DNA of 64,000 nucleotides from positions 60,762,001 through 60,826,000 of the forward strand of contig CM059432.1 in the NCBI GenBank assembly GCA_030390025.1, read 5' to 3'. The position numbers were made by a program, and so were the translations under genes. The notes under the pieces were generated by a model, which did no database searches, was not told where the DNA came from, and worked only from the letters and a program-made list of their open reading frames with translations. This stretch comes from Squalus acanthias. Taxonomy: Eukaryota. Below are positions 14,331 to 27,687 of this stretch, one piece after another (the stretch's first letter is position 1; every line of letters begins with the position of its first letter).

Positions 14331-16104
14331 AAGCTGAATTTTGCCAGCGCTCAGAGGGCGGGTTTGGAGGCGGGTCCGCTGTCAAAATCAAAAAGATTGA
14401 CAGTGGGCCGGTATCCCGCTCTGAACCCGCCTCCTTGTCAGTTTCCCAAGTGCCATTTCTGCCTGCGCTTTGCAGACACGGCACTAAGCAGCAGGTCATT
14501 CAATTGTGCTAGTTAGGAGGGTGTTTAACGTACTTAAATCCCAATTTTCCCAGTTCCAAAGCATTTTGCCAAGTTTTCCACAAGGTTCCCGTCGCTCGGG
14601 GATCACGCCAGGTAAGTATGTCGGGTTCTGAATAACTCTTCATTTCTTTCAATAGGTGACAGCTGCAAAAGTGGTTTAAAAACCTGCCATTTTACGGCTG
14701 GTCAGTTTCCAATCTCAGAAGCTTCAGCCTTCAGTATTTGGAACCCACTTTTGAGCTTTATGCACTTTTGAAGTGTTTCGAGTAATCGCTCTATCCACTG
14801 TCATCTCCTTGGAACAACCTATCTCAACATTGACAGATTACTTCTGTCATCTCGACCTCACCTACCATCTATTCCATCAGCATCGGTACCCTTGAAAAAA
14901 TTTGACCCTGATCCTCAAAATCCCAAAACGATCAGCCCCAACACCAGCATCACCGGGACACACCAGCAGCACCAACATCCACACCAACCTTCTCCGCAGT
15001 CAACTGATGCTGCTCTAGACACAGGGCATCATCACCCAAGCACATTTCTGCCCGGGACGCCAGCGACAGACTCACCATGGCCAGATTTACTTCACTTGAC
15101 ACTGTACACCCTGGCTGCCACATGATGCACCAGGTTGGCACCACCCAACACCATAAAGCATCCCTACAATATCTAAGCCATTCCTTTCACACTCATCAAC
15201 ATTGCGGGGGGTACTGTTATGTCTCACCATTCACTGCAACTCACTAAGACACTTTCAAAGGTGCACACAAATCTGTCCAAGAACGCAAAGTGTTAAAAAT
15301 AAAGATTTCAATGTTTGACAGCACATTACCAGAAACTTCACATGAACATTAGGTAAACCACCCAGGTGCCTACCCTTGTGTGTTGTTAGTTGCTATCCTT
15401 GTAGTAGGATGAGGGTGAGTGTGAGGGGTGACTAGTGAGATGGGGAAGCGATAATGTAGATAGAGAGGGATGGGTGGAGGTGCAAGGTAAGTTGGTGTGA
15501 GTAAAGATGTGCAGGAGTAGGGTAGGGAAGGCAAGGTGATCGGGATATGATGAGTGGCACAGCAGGATGAGGTTGAGTGTGGCTTGGCAGTAACGTTTCG
15601 TGATCTACTGAGATCATTGAAAGGTTTGCACCACTGTAGCCTGGTCCTCTTGACGACATCCCTGCTTGTGTCCTCCTGTGCAATATGCAACCAGGCTGCG
15701 TTGGTGTCATGGGGAGGTGTCTTCCGCCCATGGGAAGGGAAGAGGACCTCCCTGCGTGCTGTGACTCCCTCCATAAGCAGATGGAGGGAGTCATGGGAGA
15801 GCCTGGGTGCAGCCGTGCACCTTTGTGCAGTGTTTGCAGCACCTCAGTGCTGTAGAATACTGACAGCAGAACATGTCAATCAATTTGGTCATGGCCCCTT
15901 TAAGGAAACCGGTTGATGACATGTCATCAAATGACGTAATCAGACCCACTTCCTATTAGTTGGCCGGGAACCTCGCAGGGCGGGCTTAACGAGGCCCATC
16001 ATCGGAATATCTTGCTGTAGGCCGGGATCGAGACAGATACGAGGTCACCACATGCCACCGATGTCGCCCGCCCCGGACCCGCCGAGGTTGGAAAAATCCA
16101 GCCC
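14331..16104 (-). mobile_element. Non-autonomous Harbinger element with a Myb/SANT-like exon (copy A)
   Basis: Right end AAAATCCAGCCC. Minus-strand ORF MEGVTARREVLFP...AAWLHIA...RTRLQWCKPFNDL (trihelix/Myb-like). Collinear with copies B and C. Confidence 0.8.
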
Positions 16105-16522
16105 ATCATATTTAAATTAGGCTGACCCTGGAAATACACCTTGTGTCAGCACAATGCAGGTCAGGTAGGCGCAATTTATGCAAAACCGGATAGGATTGAA
16201 TCCTATTGCCATTGGTTTACAGAGCTAAATGACTCCACTATGCTGTTGGGAAGATTTCTGTTTGCAAGCCAGTTTGATCAGATTATTTTGGGAGGTGGTT
16301 GGGGGGCAGGGTGTTCAATATTGATTTGTACCTGAGGCAAATTCACTAGCTACAATCTCTATGCCAAACAGTTTAATCAATCATGGCTGCTTGCTGCATA
16401 TAGTGTGTATACAGTTCTGTAGAAAATTAGAAACTTTTGTTCACAATTGATGGAGTAACATATTTCTACAATATAAGGTTTATTTCATTCTATCTCTCAT
16501 GCTGCGATTACCTTGTTTTCAG

Positions 16523-16619
16523 GTTGGGTGTGATGGGATTTCTCGCCTCAGCGCTTCAGCCCTGAATAATGAATTCTTTGCTTACGCGGCACAAGGTTGG
16601 AAGGAACGATTAGCAGAAG
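16523..16619 (+). CDS. ASXL3: ASXL3 internal exon (97 nt), ASXH/DEUBAD domain
   Basis: Splice sites ttttcAG|GTTGGG...GCAGAAG|GTataa. Translates [32 protein letters not shown](G); [13 protein letters not shown] is the ASXL3-type DEUBAD motif. Upstream exons lie outside the window. Confidence 0.95.
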
Positions 16620-19582
16620 GTATAATTCATTCATCAATACATCTAATTCTTTGATATACAAACAGAATTTTGAATTTTATGCTTTTCTTAAACTGGGAAT
16701 CATTACTTATTGTCTCGTCTGTGTGCATGTTTCTGTGTCTTCCTCAACATTCCTTCCTTTGAATAGTAAAACTATTTGGGCATTCACAGCATTGTTACTG
16801 TAGCTTTCGTCACCCTCTAGCTAGCAGCCAGGCAGCCAGGGTGAGTGCAAGAGAACCCTGCTTACTGGCCTCATAAGCAGAGCTCATATTCACAGCACTT
16901 CCAAGTAATGCACACAGTGTGCAATTGTCATTGAATTTCAGGCACTGCTGTTCAATAAAAGTTAATGTGAATGTCAATATAAAATCTGCATTATTGTCCA
17001 CTAAGCAGTTTATTGAAGACTCTTCACAAACACATCATGCTGTCAATTTGAACATTGTCTCAGCTAGCTTTCCAACCCATAATGATAGTAGTGTAGAGGA
17101 AATCTTTCCCACACTGTCACAAATCACTACCTTCTTTTAGAATAAATATCAGTTGTAAATAAAGTCTGTGAAAAGTTGAATCCCAAAGACATGGGCTTGT
17201 CATAACTTAAACCTCAGGTACACTCAACATTCATTCATTTTTATAGTAGGGGATAAACACAATTATGGATTTAGAACTTACTGAATGAAATATGAGCGCT
17301 GAACACATGAGAATTATTTTCTGGTGGGGTGGGGGGTCTAAGGCCAACCCCAGAAATGTTTGATTTTATTTTGTGCATCTTCTGACACTTTAGAGTGTAT
17401 GTAATTCTATCTTTTAAGCCAAAAATAATTTCTCCTGAAAGGGTTACAAATATTTTAAATATGAAAATAGAATATTACTTCAATACAGATTTGCTGTGTC
17501 TAGTAAATATGACCCCAGATACATCATGTTAATTTATAAACTGAAATCTTTACAACACTCCTACAATACTCCTAAGCAGCAGTGCATTTTATGGGCACAA
17601 AATAAAACTGGCATTTGACCAGCCCAGAGGCAGGCGCAGTAATTAGATGAATTGAAAGTTCACTGATATAACTATTTTAAACAAAAAATATATATTTTTA
17701 AGTGGCTTCAGGAGGGATAAGGATGAATCAATATCACTGAAACAAAACCCTACAGCCAAGTCACACCCAAACCGTAACCTGCCTTTTCCTCTTTTATGCT
17801 AATCAACCCAGCTGTGCATTTCAAACATTTTCGAACACATGCAGCTAGAAATTAGCATTGGTGATAATAGCAGGTGAATGCTTAACACGCTTGTATGATA
17901 TCCCTCAGTCCTTTATTTTAACGGAGGTGTTTACCTATTTAAAATACATGGTTAATACCCTTCATTAAAATAGAGGCAGAGGAATATCATTCAAATGCGT
18001 TATGCTTATTTCTTGTATTGAATATAAAAACTATTGCACACTGCAATCATTTTTTTTTAAATACTAAAATGAACCTAAACACGGTTTGCAGGAATGGGAG
18101 CAGAATTTTGTGCTCTCTGGTGGACCTGACTGACAGGCTGGAGTTTCCAATCCATTATTCTCTTATTGATTATCGTATTTCGTCGTGGATGTTGACCACT
18201 CTGCAGACCATCAGGGCTCATTCACAAATTTTTGCACAGTAACAATGAGACCTTCTGTAAGCAAACTGAAAACCACTCTCAAAGTTACAGAACCTAACCA
18301 GGCATTGCAACTCATCACAAACAGGCAAACTATCTGCATCATATGTCATAACAGTGCACTGTGGTAAAATCCTAAATATAGGGATCTCAGTGTAGTTCTT
18401 TAAATTAAGCAAAACTCATCACTATTCCAACCCACTCCTTATTTTATTTTCACACCCTAGCAATTCTGCAAGTGCCATGAGAGAAATGCTTGCACAAAGC
18501 CATTTCATGTATTCACAGCACAACCTCTCAATCTCAAAAAAGATTCTGTAACCAATCATGAAGAAAATAATCCTTCACAAAAGACAATTGTTGGGAATGC
18601 ACAAGAAAGTTTCTTTGAGAAAAATGATTTTTTTTTAAAAGCTGAATTTTAGCAGTAGATATATAAGAATATATATATATATAACTTCTTCAAGGACAAA
18701 CAATGAACACACCTATAACTGTAACTCTGGGAAAACATCAGCTCATCTGAAAACATTTTGCCTCAAATTCATGCACAAATAACAGTGGAAGACAGTAACT
18801 TCCAATCGATTGCTTCTAACAGCCTTCAGTCTCACCATCCAACCAATCTGATTGGTTGATGCTGGCAATTTCCAATCCCAGTAAAAAAAAATCTTGTAAA
18901 CTATTGACAAGCTGACACATGGATTAAAACGCTGTTGGCCTTAAAAGCTGAGGGTTGGCATATATGTAAATGTAAAGAACAAGAGGAGTCCTACAAGTTG
19001 ATTCTGATAGTGGTTGGAAGACTGTAATAGTATTCTTACTATACTTTGCCATTTAAAAGTGTACCTGACTAACTTTCTACAGTGACTAAGTACAGAATTT
19101 TATTTGTTGCATTTGACATTGACATTGAACACTTCAATTGACATCTGCTTGAGAACAAAGTTTCGGTGATCGAGCGGGTGAAGCCCGGCCAAAATTCCCC
19201 CCCTAAAATTTATAAAAGCCACTGTACAAAATGCTAGATGTAATCTGGTTGCTGATAGTTTGAAAATACTGGCAGCAGCCGGTTCAGATTTTCAAAGCAG
19301 ATGGCACCTATGGTAGTGACAATGGACAGTTTTAACCTGAGGGCAGAGAGCAGATTGGGCGTCAAACCCCATGATGTTTTTGACGTGAAGTCGGGCCATT
19401 TTAACTCCTGGTCCTCATTGTAATAAGATTAACAGGCTGGCCTCTCAATCGCATGGCGATTCGGCCAGCCCGCCCGCATCACACGTGCAAATTCCAGAGT
19501 GACTGCTGATGGTTCCTTAAAATGGTGAATCATCTCTCAAAGTGAGGTTTCCTTCCCTGCCTGTATTTATCTTTCAACAACC

Positions 19583-20820
19583 GTGGCACACATTTCCAGG
19601 AGACCGATGAGTCTCGCTTTCAAATGCATCCCTGGATGTCCTAGTGGAGAAAATGCGAGCCAGCAGGGAGGTATTCCTTCCCAGCACCTGCAGGAGCATC
19701 TCCAAGGCCACTGTCAAACAGGCCTGGACAGAGGTGGCTGACAGGATCAGTGCCACCAGCATCACTTCCAGGACCTGTGTACAATGGAGAAAGAGGTTCA
19801 ATGACCTCACAAGAGCAGCAAGGGTAAGTACAGCTCTTCATCTCTTCATCTCTCTCAACAACACTGTCAACACTTACTCATCCTCTCCCCCACCTCTCTC
19901 AACAATTTCCTCTGCCATCACATCCTTCAACATATAATCACACTGCAACACCTCTCTTTCTCATTCCAAGCACACTCATTTCTTCCTTTCCTCTCTTCAC
20001 ACCACATACTAACCCCATTCTCTTCTTACATTCTATCACTTGCAGAAACACCAACTCATCCCACCACTCCTTCCTTACTTCACATCATTCAGCATAACTC
20101 CATCTGGCTTCTTCTCCAACTAACACATTCCCTATATGCACAAGCCCCATACATCTCCACTTAGTAACACTCTCCCCAACTTTTTGTAAGACAAGACTGA
20201 GCATAATGCAATGAAGAGGAGTAAGACCGGGGGAGGAGTACCTATGATCATAGCCCTCACCCAATCAGAGCAGGAAGCCATAGGGATTACTGTCCCAGGC
20301 AGAATCATGAGTATTGGGGAAGGAGAGGTTGGTGGCTTACCTCAACAGGGTGTCTGCATATTACTTTTAGCCATTCATTCACCTCAACAAATAGGCAGCA
20401 ACCTTCACAGCTTTAATCTGCATTCTCAAGACTATCACCTGAAAATGTTAAGTTTCTATCTGCCGTCCTAATTTTTGTCCGTTTTCTCTTCTAGGTCCTT
20501 CTCAGCATTAGGATGCTCCAACACAAGAAGATACCTTGAAGGAGGACAATCCTCCTGAAAATGCACCATCACACACTCCATCCCTACCAGGCACCAGCTC
20601 AGACATTGTCACTCCATCTAGGGTAGATAGTGAGCTAGAGGTGTTAGCACATGGTGAAACATGCAGCTACAGTGGAAAACAGCAGCTATTGGTGGCTGCG
20701 ACAGCCCAGGAGAGAGCTCGCCGGAGGGCAAGGTCCTCTCCGAGCTCTGCTGAGAATGATGGAGATGAGCACTTTAGGGGCCCAGCCATGAAAAGAAAAC
20801 TGCTGACATTACACAACAGT
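19583..20820 (+). pseudogene. Harbinger-type Myb/SANT-like (MSANTD/NAIF1-like) gene remnant with 3 exons
   Basis: Exon 1 ...DVLVEKMRASREVFLP...QAWTEVADRISA...RTCVQWRKRFNDLTRAAR|gtaagt (ends 19823). Exon 2 about 20190-20349, DKTEHNAMKRSKTGGG, with a mutated acceptor. Exon 3 from about 20495. Cut off by a CR1. Confidence 0.7.
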
Positions 20821-21345
20821 TCTGGTCTCCATATTATAAAAAGGATATAGAGGCACTGGAGAAGGTGCAAAAAACATTTACTAGAATGATACCAGAACTG
20901 GGGTTATACCTATTAGGAAAGATTGAACAGGTTGGGGCTCTTTTTTCTAGGAAAGAGAAGACTGAGGGGTGACCTGATAGAGGTCTTTAAGATTATGAAA
21001 TGGTTTGATAGGGTATACGTAGAGAAGATGTTTCCACTTGCGGACAAGACCAGACTGGAGGCCATAAATATAAGATAGTTACTAATAAATCCAATAGGGA
21101 ATTCAGGAGAAACGTCTTTACCCAGAGAGTGGTTAGAATGTGGAACTCCCTACCAGAAGGAATAGTTGAGACAAATAGTGTAGATGCATTTAAGGGGAAG
21201 CTAGATAAACACAGAATAGAAGGATATGTTGATGGGGTTAGGTGAAGAAAGGTGGGAGGAGGCTTGTGTGGAGCATAAACACTGGCATGGACCTGTTGAT
21301 CCAAATGGCCTGTTTATGTGCTGTAAATACTATGTAATACTATAT
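20821..21345 (+). mobile_element. CR1 LINE 3' fragment
   Basis: WSPYYKKDIEALEKVQK...FTQRVVRMWNSLP followed by a 3' tail. Confidence 0.85.
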
Positions 21346-22803
21346 AATTTTCATTTTTTATTTTTTATTCATTCATGGGATGTGGGCGTCGCTGGCAAAC
21401 CCAGCATTTATTGCCCATCCCTAATTGCCCTTGAGAAGGTGGAAGATCCAGAATTTTGTCCCAGCAATGATGAAGGAATGGCGATATATTTCCAAGTCAA
21501 GATGGTGTGTGACTTGGAGGGAAACTAGGAGGTGGTGGTGTTCCCATAAGCCTGCTGCCCTTGTCCTTCCAGGTGGAAGAGGTCAGGAAATTCCACCCCA
21601 TGGTACTAACATCTGCTCTTTGCTCCATGTGTCTGTTTTTGTAACTGGCACCTTATAAACATGCAGTGCTAATCTATGCTGTTTGCTTCCAGTTCCTGAC
21701 TATAATTGCCAGGAGGTGGGGGCAAAGGTCACTGTGCAGCGACATGTGTTAACACACTCTTGACTTTCAATCTTGATTCACATTATTAAACCTGGAATCT
21801 CTCTAAAACAGGTTGTCCATGAATCTCTTTAGGCTTGTATTCCCTGGAATGTAGAAGGTTAAGGAGTGATTTGATTGAGGTTTTTAGGATTTTGAAAGGA
21901 ATTGATAGGGTAGATTGAGAGAAACTTTTTCTGCTGGTGGGGGAGTCGAAGACAAGGGGACTAAACCTTAAAATCAGAGCCAGGCCATTCAGGAGAAAAG
22001 TTAGGAAACACTTAGAATCATAGAAATTTACAGCACAAAAGGAGGCCATTCGGCCCATCGTGTCTGTGCCAGTCAAAAAAGAGCTATCCAGCCTAATCAT
22101 ACTTTCCAGCTCTTGGTCCGTAGCCTTGCAGGTTACAGCACTTCAAGTGCATGTCCAAATATTTTTTAAAGGCTGCGAGTGCTGCCAATGAAGTTGAAGT
22201 AGTTGCACATGCGCATTCTAAGTGTTTTTTGGTTGTTCGCTTCGTGAATCACAGGTTCTGGGGGAAAAAAGCCGGGAACAGAACGGGCTCTGGGTCTTCG
22301 GGACTGTAGGAAAAAAAGCCAGGAAGGGAGCAGGCTCCATCAGTCCGTTTTTTAAATGTGACGAGGGTTTCTGCCTCTACCACCCTTTCAGGCAGTGCGT
22401 TCCAGACCCCCACCACCCTCTGGGTGAAAAAAGTTCTCCTCAACTACCCTTTAATTCTTCTACCAATTACTTTAAATCTATGCCCCCTGGTTATTGACCT
22501 CTCTGCTAAGGGAAATAGGTCCTTCCTATCCACTATCTAGGCCCCTCATAATTTTATACACCTCAATTAAGTCTCCCTCAGCCTCCTCTGTTCCAAAGAA
22601 AATATCCCAAGCCTATCCAATCATTCCTCATAGCTAAAATTCTCCAGTCTTGGCAACATCCTCGTAAATCGCTTCTGTACTCGATCGAGTGCAATCACAT
22701 CTTTCCTGTAATCTGGTGACCAGAACTGTACGCAGTACTCTAGCTGTGGCCTAACTGGTGTTTTATACAGTTCTAGCATAACCTCCCTGCTCTTATATTC
22801 TAT

Positions 22804-23575
22804 GGGGTAAAAATTGAGTCGCGCCCCATTTGGGGCGCTAACCTCGCCGGGGCGCGACTTTTAGCGCCCCGAAAAAATTAGCGGCCCCGCGCCGGAACTT
22901 CAGTGGTTGCGCCCCAAGAGGGAAGCGGGGCGCCACTGGAAGCACCCCGCATCCCTCTTGGGGCGCTGCGAGGGAATATCCTGGCGCTACGTGCCGCAGC
23001 GCCAGGCGCTGCGGCACGTCGCGCCGCGGTATTGCAGGCCTTCCTCCCCTTCTTAAAGGGGAGGGACCCTGCGCAGCGCGAACCGGGGCCCAGCTGGGCT
23101 CCCAGGGATCGGGAGTGCCGGCAAAAGAGCCCGGCACTCAAGAGAAGTGCCGGGCTCTTGGAGCGCAGCCGGCACTTCACGGTGGGGGGGCTTCACGGGG
23201 GCCGGGGACAGCAACGGGGGCAGGTGCTGGCAGGCGGCCAGCAACAAAAATGGCCGCCTGCCACCTCCCCTTTAAATATCGCCGCCCCGGCCGCACGTAC
23301 GCCTACCTGAACCCGTCGGACATAGCGTCTGGCGGTAAATCAGGGGGTGCGACTGAAGATCGCGGCTGGAGCGCGAGCAGGGTGCTGCGCACGGCGATGA
23401 CGTCATCGCCGGCGGCGCAGCGCCACAGGGCGCTACCGGCTGGCGCCGCCGCTAACCTCCCGCTGAATTTTACGGGAGGCGTGGGCGGCGCTGCGCCCGG
23501 GCGTTAGCTGCTTTACGCCCCATTAGCGCCCTCTTAAGGCGCTAACGGGAGGCGCAAGCAGCTGAATTTTTCCCC
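22804..23575. mobile_element. GC-rich MITE nested in CR1, TAT target duplication
   Basis: ttc-TAT|GGGGTAAAAATT...AATTTTTCCCC|TAT-gccttgg. Removing the element restores the CR1 sequence. Confidence 0.88.
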
Positions 23576-24674
23576 TATGCCTTGGCTAATAAAGGCAAGT
23601 ATCCCATATGCCTTCTTAACCACCTTATCTACCTGTCCTGCTACCTTCAGGGATCTTTGGACATGCACTTCAAGGTCTCTCTGTTCCTCTACATTTCTCA
23701 GTATCCAACCATTTATTGTGTATTCCCTTGCCTTGTTAGCCCTCCCCAAATGCATTACCTCACACTTCTCTGGATTGAATTCCATTTGCCACTTTTCTGC
23801 CCACCCGACCAGTCCATTGATAGCTTCCTGAAGTCTACAACTATCTTCCTCACTATCAACCACACGGCCAATTTTTGTATCATCAGCAAACTTCTTAATC
23901 ATGCCCCCTACATTGAAGTCCAAATCATTGATATATACCACAAAAAGCTGGGGACCTAGTACTAAGCGATGTGGAATGCCACTGGAAACAGCCTTCCAGT
24001 CACAAAAACACCAGTCGACCATTACCCTTTGCTTCCTGACACTGAGACAATTTTGGATCCAACTTGCCATTTTCCCTTGGATCCCATGGGCTTTTACTTT
24101 TTTGACCAACCTGCCATGTGGGACCTTGTCAACGGCCTTGCTAAAATCCATGTAGACTACATCAAATGCAGTACCCTCATTGACCCTCCTTGTTACCTCC
24201 TCAAAAAATTCAATCAAGTTAGTCAGACATGACCTTCCCTTAACAAATCCATGCTAACTGTCCTTGATTAATCTGTGCCTTTCTAAATGATGATTAATAC
24301 TGTCCCTCATAATTTTTTCCAATAGTTTTCCCACCACCGAGGTTAGACTGACTAGCCTGTAGTACTCAGTCTATCTCTTTCTCCGTTATTAAACAATGGC
24401 ACAATGTTAGTAGTCCTCCAGTCCTCTGGAACCACACCTGTAGCCAGAGTGGATTGGAAAATGATGGTCAGAGCCTCCGCTATTTCCTCCCTTGCTTCTC
24501 TTAACAGCCTGGGATACATTTCATCCGGGCCTGGCGATTTATCTACTTTCAAAGATGCTAAACCTCTTACTATTTCCTTTCTCTCTCTATGTTTATCCTA
24601 ACTAATATTTCACACTCCTCCTTCTGAACTACAATGTCTGCATTGTCACTCTCTTCTGTGAAGACAGACCCAAA

Positions 24675-26460
24675 GGCCCTGAATTTTCCGGGAGAAGGTC
24701 AGTGATCGGTGGCGGGTCGGGTGGGAAAGTATTTTTTTTCACAGCGGGTCAGGATCCCATTGTGAACCCGCTGCCACGTGCTTTTACCAATGTCGGGTCT
24801 GACAGCGCTGAGCAGATGCAACACGCAGCGGCGGGGGACCCCAATTAATTTCATTATGTCCTTGTTTAGACATCATTAAGAATATACATATTAGCTTACC
24901 TTTTGATTTTACATGCTCGCCCACAGGGTCCTCGCTGCTCAGGGATCACGTCTGTTAAGCTGAGGCGGGAGATGAATTGCCATTGAATCTGCTGATTACT
25001 TGACAGCTTGAAATGTGCTATAAAAGCTCATACCTCACAGCTGTTCACTTTCCAAGCTCAGAAGCTGTTGCTCACTGCATTTGGAAGACAGATTGAGCTT
25101 TATGCAGATTGCAAATGTTTGGAGCAAACTCTCTATCCAGTGTCACCTCATTGGAACAACCTTTCTCACCATTGACAGAATGCTTCTGTCAACTCAACTT
25201 CACCTGCCATCTATTCCATCAACATGGGTGCCCTTTATACTCGCTCACCTTGGTCCTCATATTCCCACCACGATCAGCCCCAACACCAGCAGCACCAGGC
25301 ACACTAGCAGCACCAACAACAACACCAACCTTCTCCGCAATCAACTGATGCTACACAGGACAGAGGGTCAGCACCCGACCACATTGCTGCCCGGGAGGCC
25401 ACGGTTGGGCTCCCCATGGCCAGATTTGCTTCACTTGACACTGTACACCATGGCTGCCACATGATGCGCCAGGTTGACACCACCCCACACCAACACCATA
25501 AAGCATCACTACAAACCCAAGCCATTCCTTTCACACTCATCACCATTGGGGGGTGGTTCCGTTATGTCTCACCATTCACTGCAACTCACTAAGCCACTTC
25601 CAAAGGTGCACACAAATCTGTCCAAGAACGCGAAGTGTCGAAAATAAAGGTTTCAATGTTTGACACCACATTAACAGAAACTTTATATGAACATTGGATA
25701 AAACACCCAAGTGCCTACCCCTGTCTGTTGTTAGTTGGTATGATTGCACTAGGATGCGGGTGAGTGTGAGGGGTGGCTAGTGAGATGGGGATGTGATAAT
25801 ATAGATAGAGAAGGATGGGTGGAGGTGCAAGGTAAGTTGGTGTGAGTAAGGATGTGCAGGAGTAGGGTAGGGAAGGCAGAGTGATGGGGATGTGATGAGT
25901 GGCACAGCAGGATGAGGCTGAGTGTGGCTTTGTAGTAACGTTTCGTGATCCACTGAGATCATTGAAAGGTTTACTCCACTGCAGCCTGGTCCTCCTGACA
26001 ACATCCCTATTTGTGCCCTCCTCTGCAATGTGCAACCAGGTTGCATTGGTCTCCTGGGGAGGTCTCTTCCACCCATTGGAAGGGAAGAGAACCTCTCTGC
26101 GTGCTGTGACTCCCTCCATAAGCATATGGAGGGAGTCATGGGAGAGCCTGGGTGCAGCCGTGCACCTCTGTGCAGTCATTGTCAGTGTTTGCAGCACCTC
26201 AATGCTGTAGAATACTGACAGCTCAAATGTCAAAGTAAATTTGTGCAAGGTCCCGTTAAGGAAACCGGCTGATGACGCGTCATCAAATGACGTCATCAGA
26301 CCTGCTTCCTTCAATTGGCTGGGAAACTCGCTGGGTGGGCTTAACAAGCCCAATCAGGGTAAAAGTCATGTCAGAGGCCAGGATGGAGCCAGCAGCGAGG
26401 CCGCGACCTGCCACTGACCTCGCCCACCATGGACCCGCCCAGCTAGGGGAAATCATGGAC
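24675..26460 (-). mobile_element. Non-autonomous Harbinger element with a Myb/SANT-like exon (copy B), nested in CR1
   Basis: ORF 25715-26353 with AAPRLSHDSLHMLMEGVTARREVLFP...W...FNDL. Collinear with 14331-16104. Confidence 0.8.
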
Positions 26461-27311
26461 TTTTTCTTTGTGGGAACATATTTGCTCTGAACCCTCACTG
26501 TCTCCTCCTTGAATACCTCCCACTGCTCTGACACTGACTTACCTTCAAGTAGCTGTTTCCAGTCCACTTTTGCTAAATCACATCTCAGCTTAGTAAAATT
26601 GGCCTTTCCCCAATCGAGAACTTTTACACCTGGTCCATCTTTGTCCTTTTCCATAACTATGATAAATCTAACTGAATTATGATCACTACCACCAAAATGC
26701 TCTCCCACTGATTCCCCTTCCACCTGCCCAGCTTCATTCCATAAAACTAAGTCCAGAACTGTCCCCTCTCTTGTTGGGCTTGTTACGTACTGAATGCATT
26801 TTAAGAATTCTGAGCTCTCTATTCCTTCTGCACTAATTCTACCCCAGTTAATATTAAGGTAGTTGAAATCCCCTACTATTACTGCCCTATTGTTTTTGCG
26901 CTACTCAGAAATTTGCCTGCATATTTGCTCTTCTATCTCCCTCTGACCCTCTTCACAGAAGTGGTAAAAGTGTGGAACTCTCTCCCACAAAAAGCAGTAG
27001 ATGCTAACTCAATTAATAATTTTAAACCTGAGATCGATAGATTTTTGCTAGCCAAGGTATTAAGGGATATGGAGTCAAGTCAGGTGAATGGAGTTAGGAT
27101 AAAGATCGGCCATGATCTCATTGAATGGCAGAACAGGCTCGAGGGGCTGAATGGCCTACTCCTGTTCCTATCTTCCTATTTAGGATCCTCAGGCAGGAAC
27201 TAAATTATGGCGCACTGCAACAGTAACAAAATATTTATATTAAATGTTAAATTTACACATTCTAACAAAGATGATGCTATTTTTATTTCATACCCTGTAA
27301 ACTTTGTGCAG

Positions 27312-27417
27312 GTGAATTTACTCCTGAAATGCAGTTACGTATTCGACAAGAGATTGAAAAGGAGAAAAAGGTAGAACACTGGAAGGAAAAATTCTTTGAA
27401 CAATATTATGGAGAAAA
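27312..27417 (+). CDS. ASXL3: ASXL3 internal exon (106 nt), end of DEUBAD domain
   Basis: Splice sites tgtgcAG|GTGAATTT...GGAGAAAA|GTaagc. Translates (G)[34 protein letters not shown](K). Phase 1 in, phase 2 out, consistent with the neighbouring exons. Confidence 0.96.
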
Positions 27418-27687
27418 GTAAGCACTTTAGTAGTTCTTTAATATTGCAGCTGATCCCCTTTTCATTTTGAGCTGTGGTTTTATTTTTCCATGTTTGGAGT
27501 GTACTACAACAAGCTTAGCATCTTCTGTGTCTTCTGTTTCACCTGTTTTTATTTTATTTTTTTACTTATGTAACATTCCCCGATTGTTATCCTCTGTTAC
27601 TCGGTCGAGCAACTACTGCTGAATCGGTGGGCCATCTGCTTTCTGACCCGGGCCAATCCCTCTTTTGGTCAGTCACACGGTACTGTT

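Larger units (their letters stand above)
22013..26950 (-). mobile_element. CR1 LINE (endonuclease and RT remnants), itself interrupted by three insertions
   Basis: TAGAATCATAGAA tail; RT ORF 23534-24217 (YMDFSKAVDKVPH, KFADDTK); DKSPGPDE; endonuclease remnant GEHFGGSDHNSV. Confidence 0.9.
21830..27170 (+). mobile_element. Host CR1 3' fragment (21830-22012 and 26951-27170), split by an inserted minus-strand CR1
   Basis: ...AGGAAACACT and CTTCACAGAAGTGGTAAAAGTGTGGAACTC... rejoin into a continuous CR1 ORF2 end. Confidence 0.7.

Noticed and set aside
1..16522. Upstream ASXL3 exons (HARE-HTH, start of ASXH)
   Set aside because: I found no matching peptide by eye; the region appears to be a single intron continuing from before the window.
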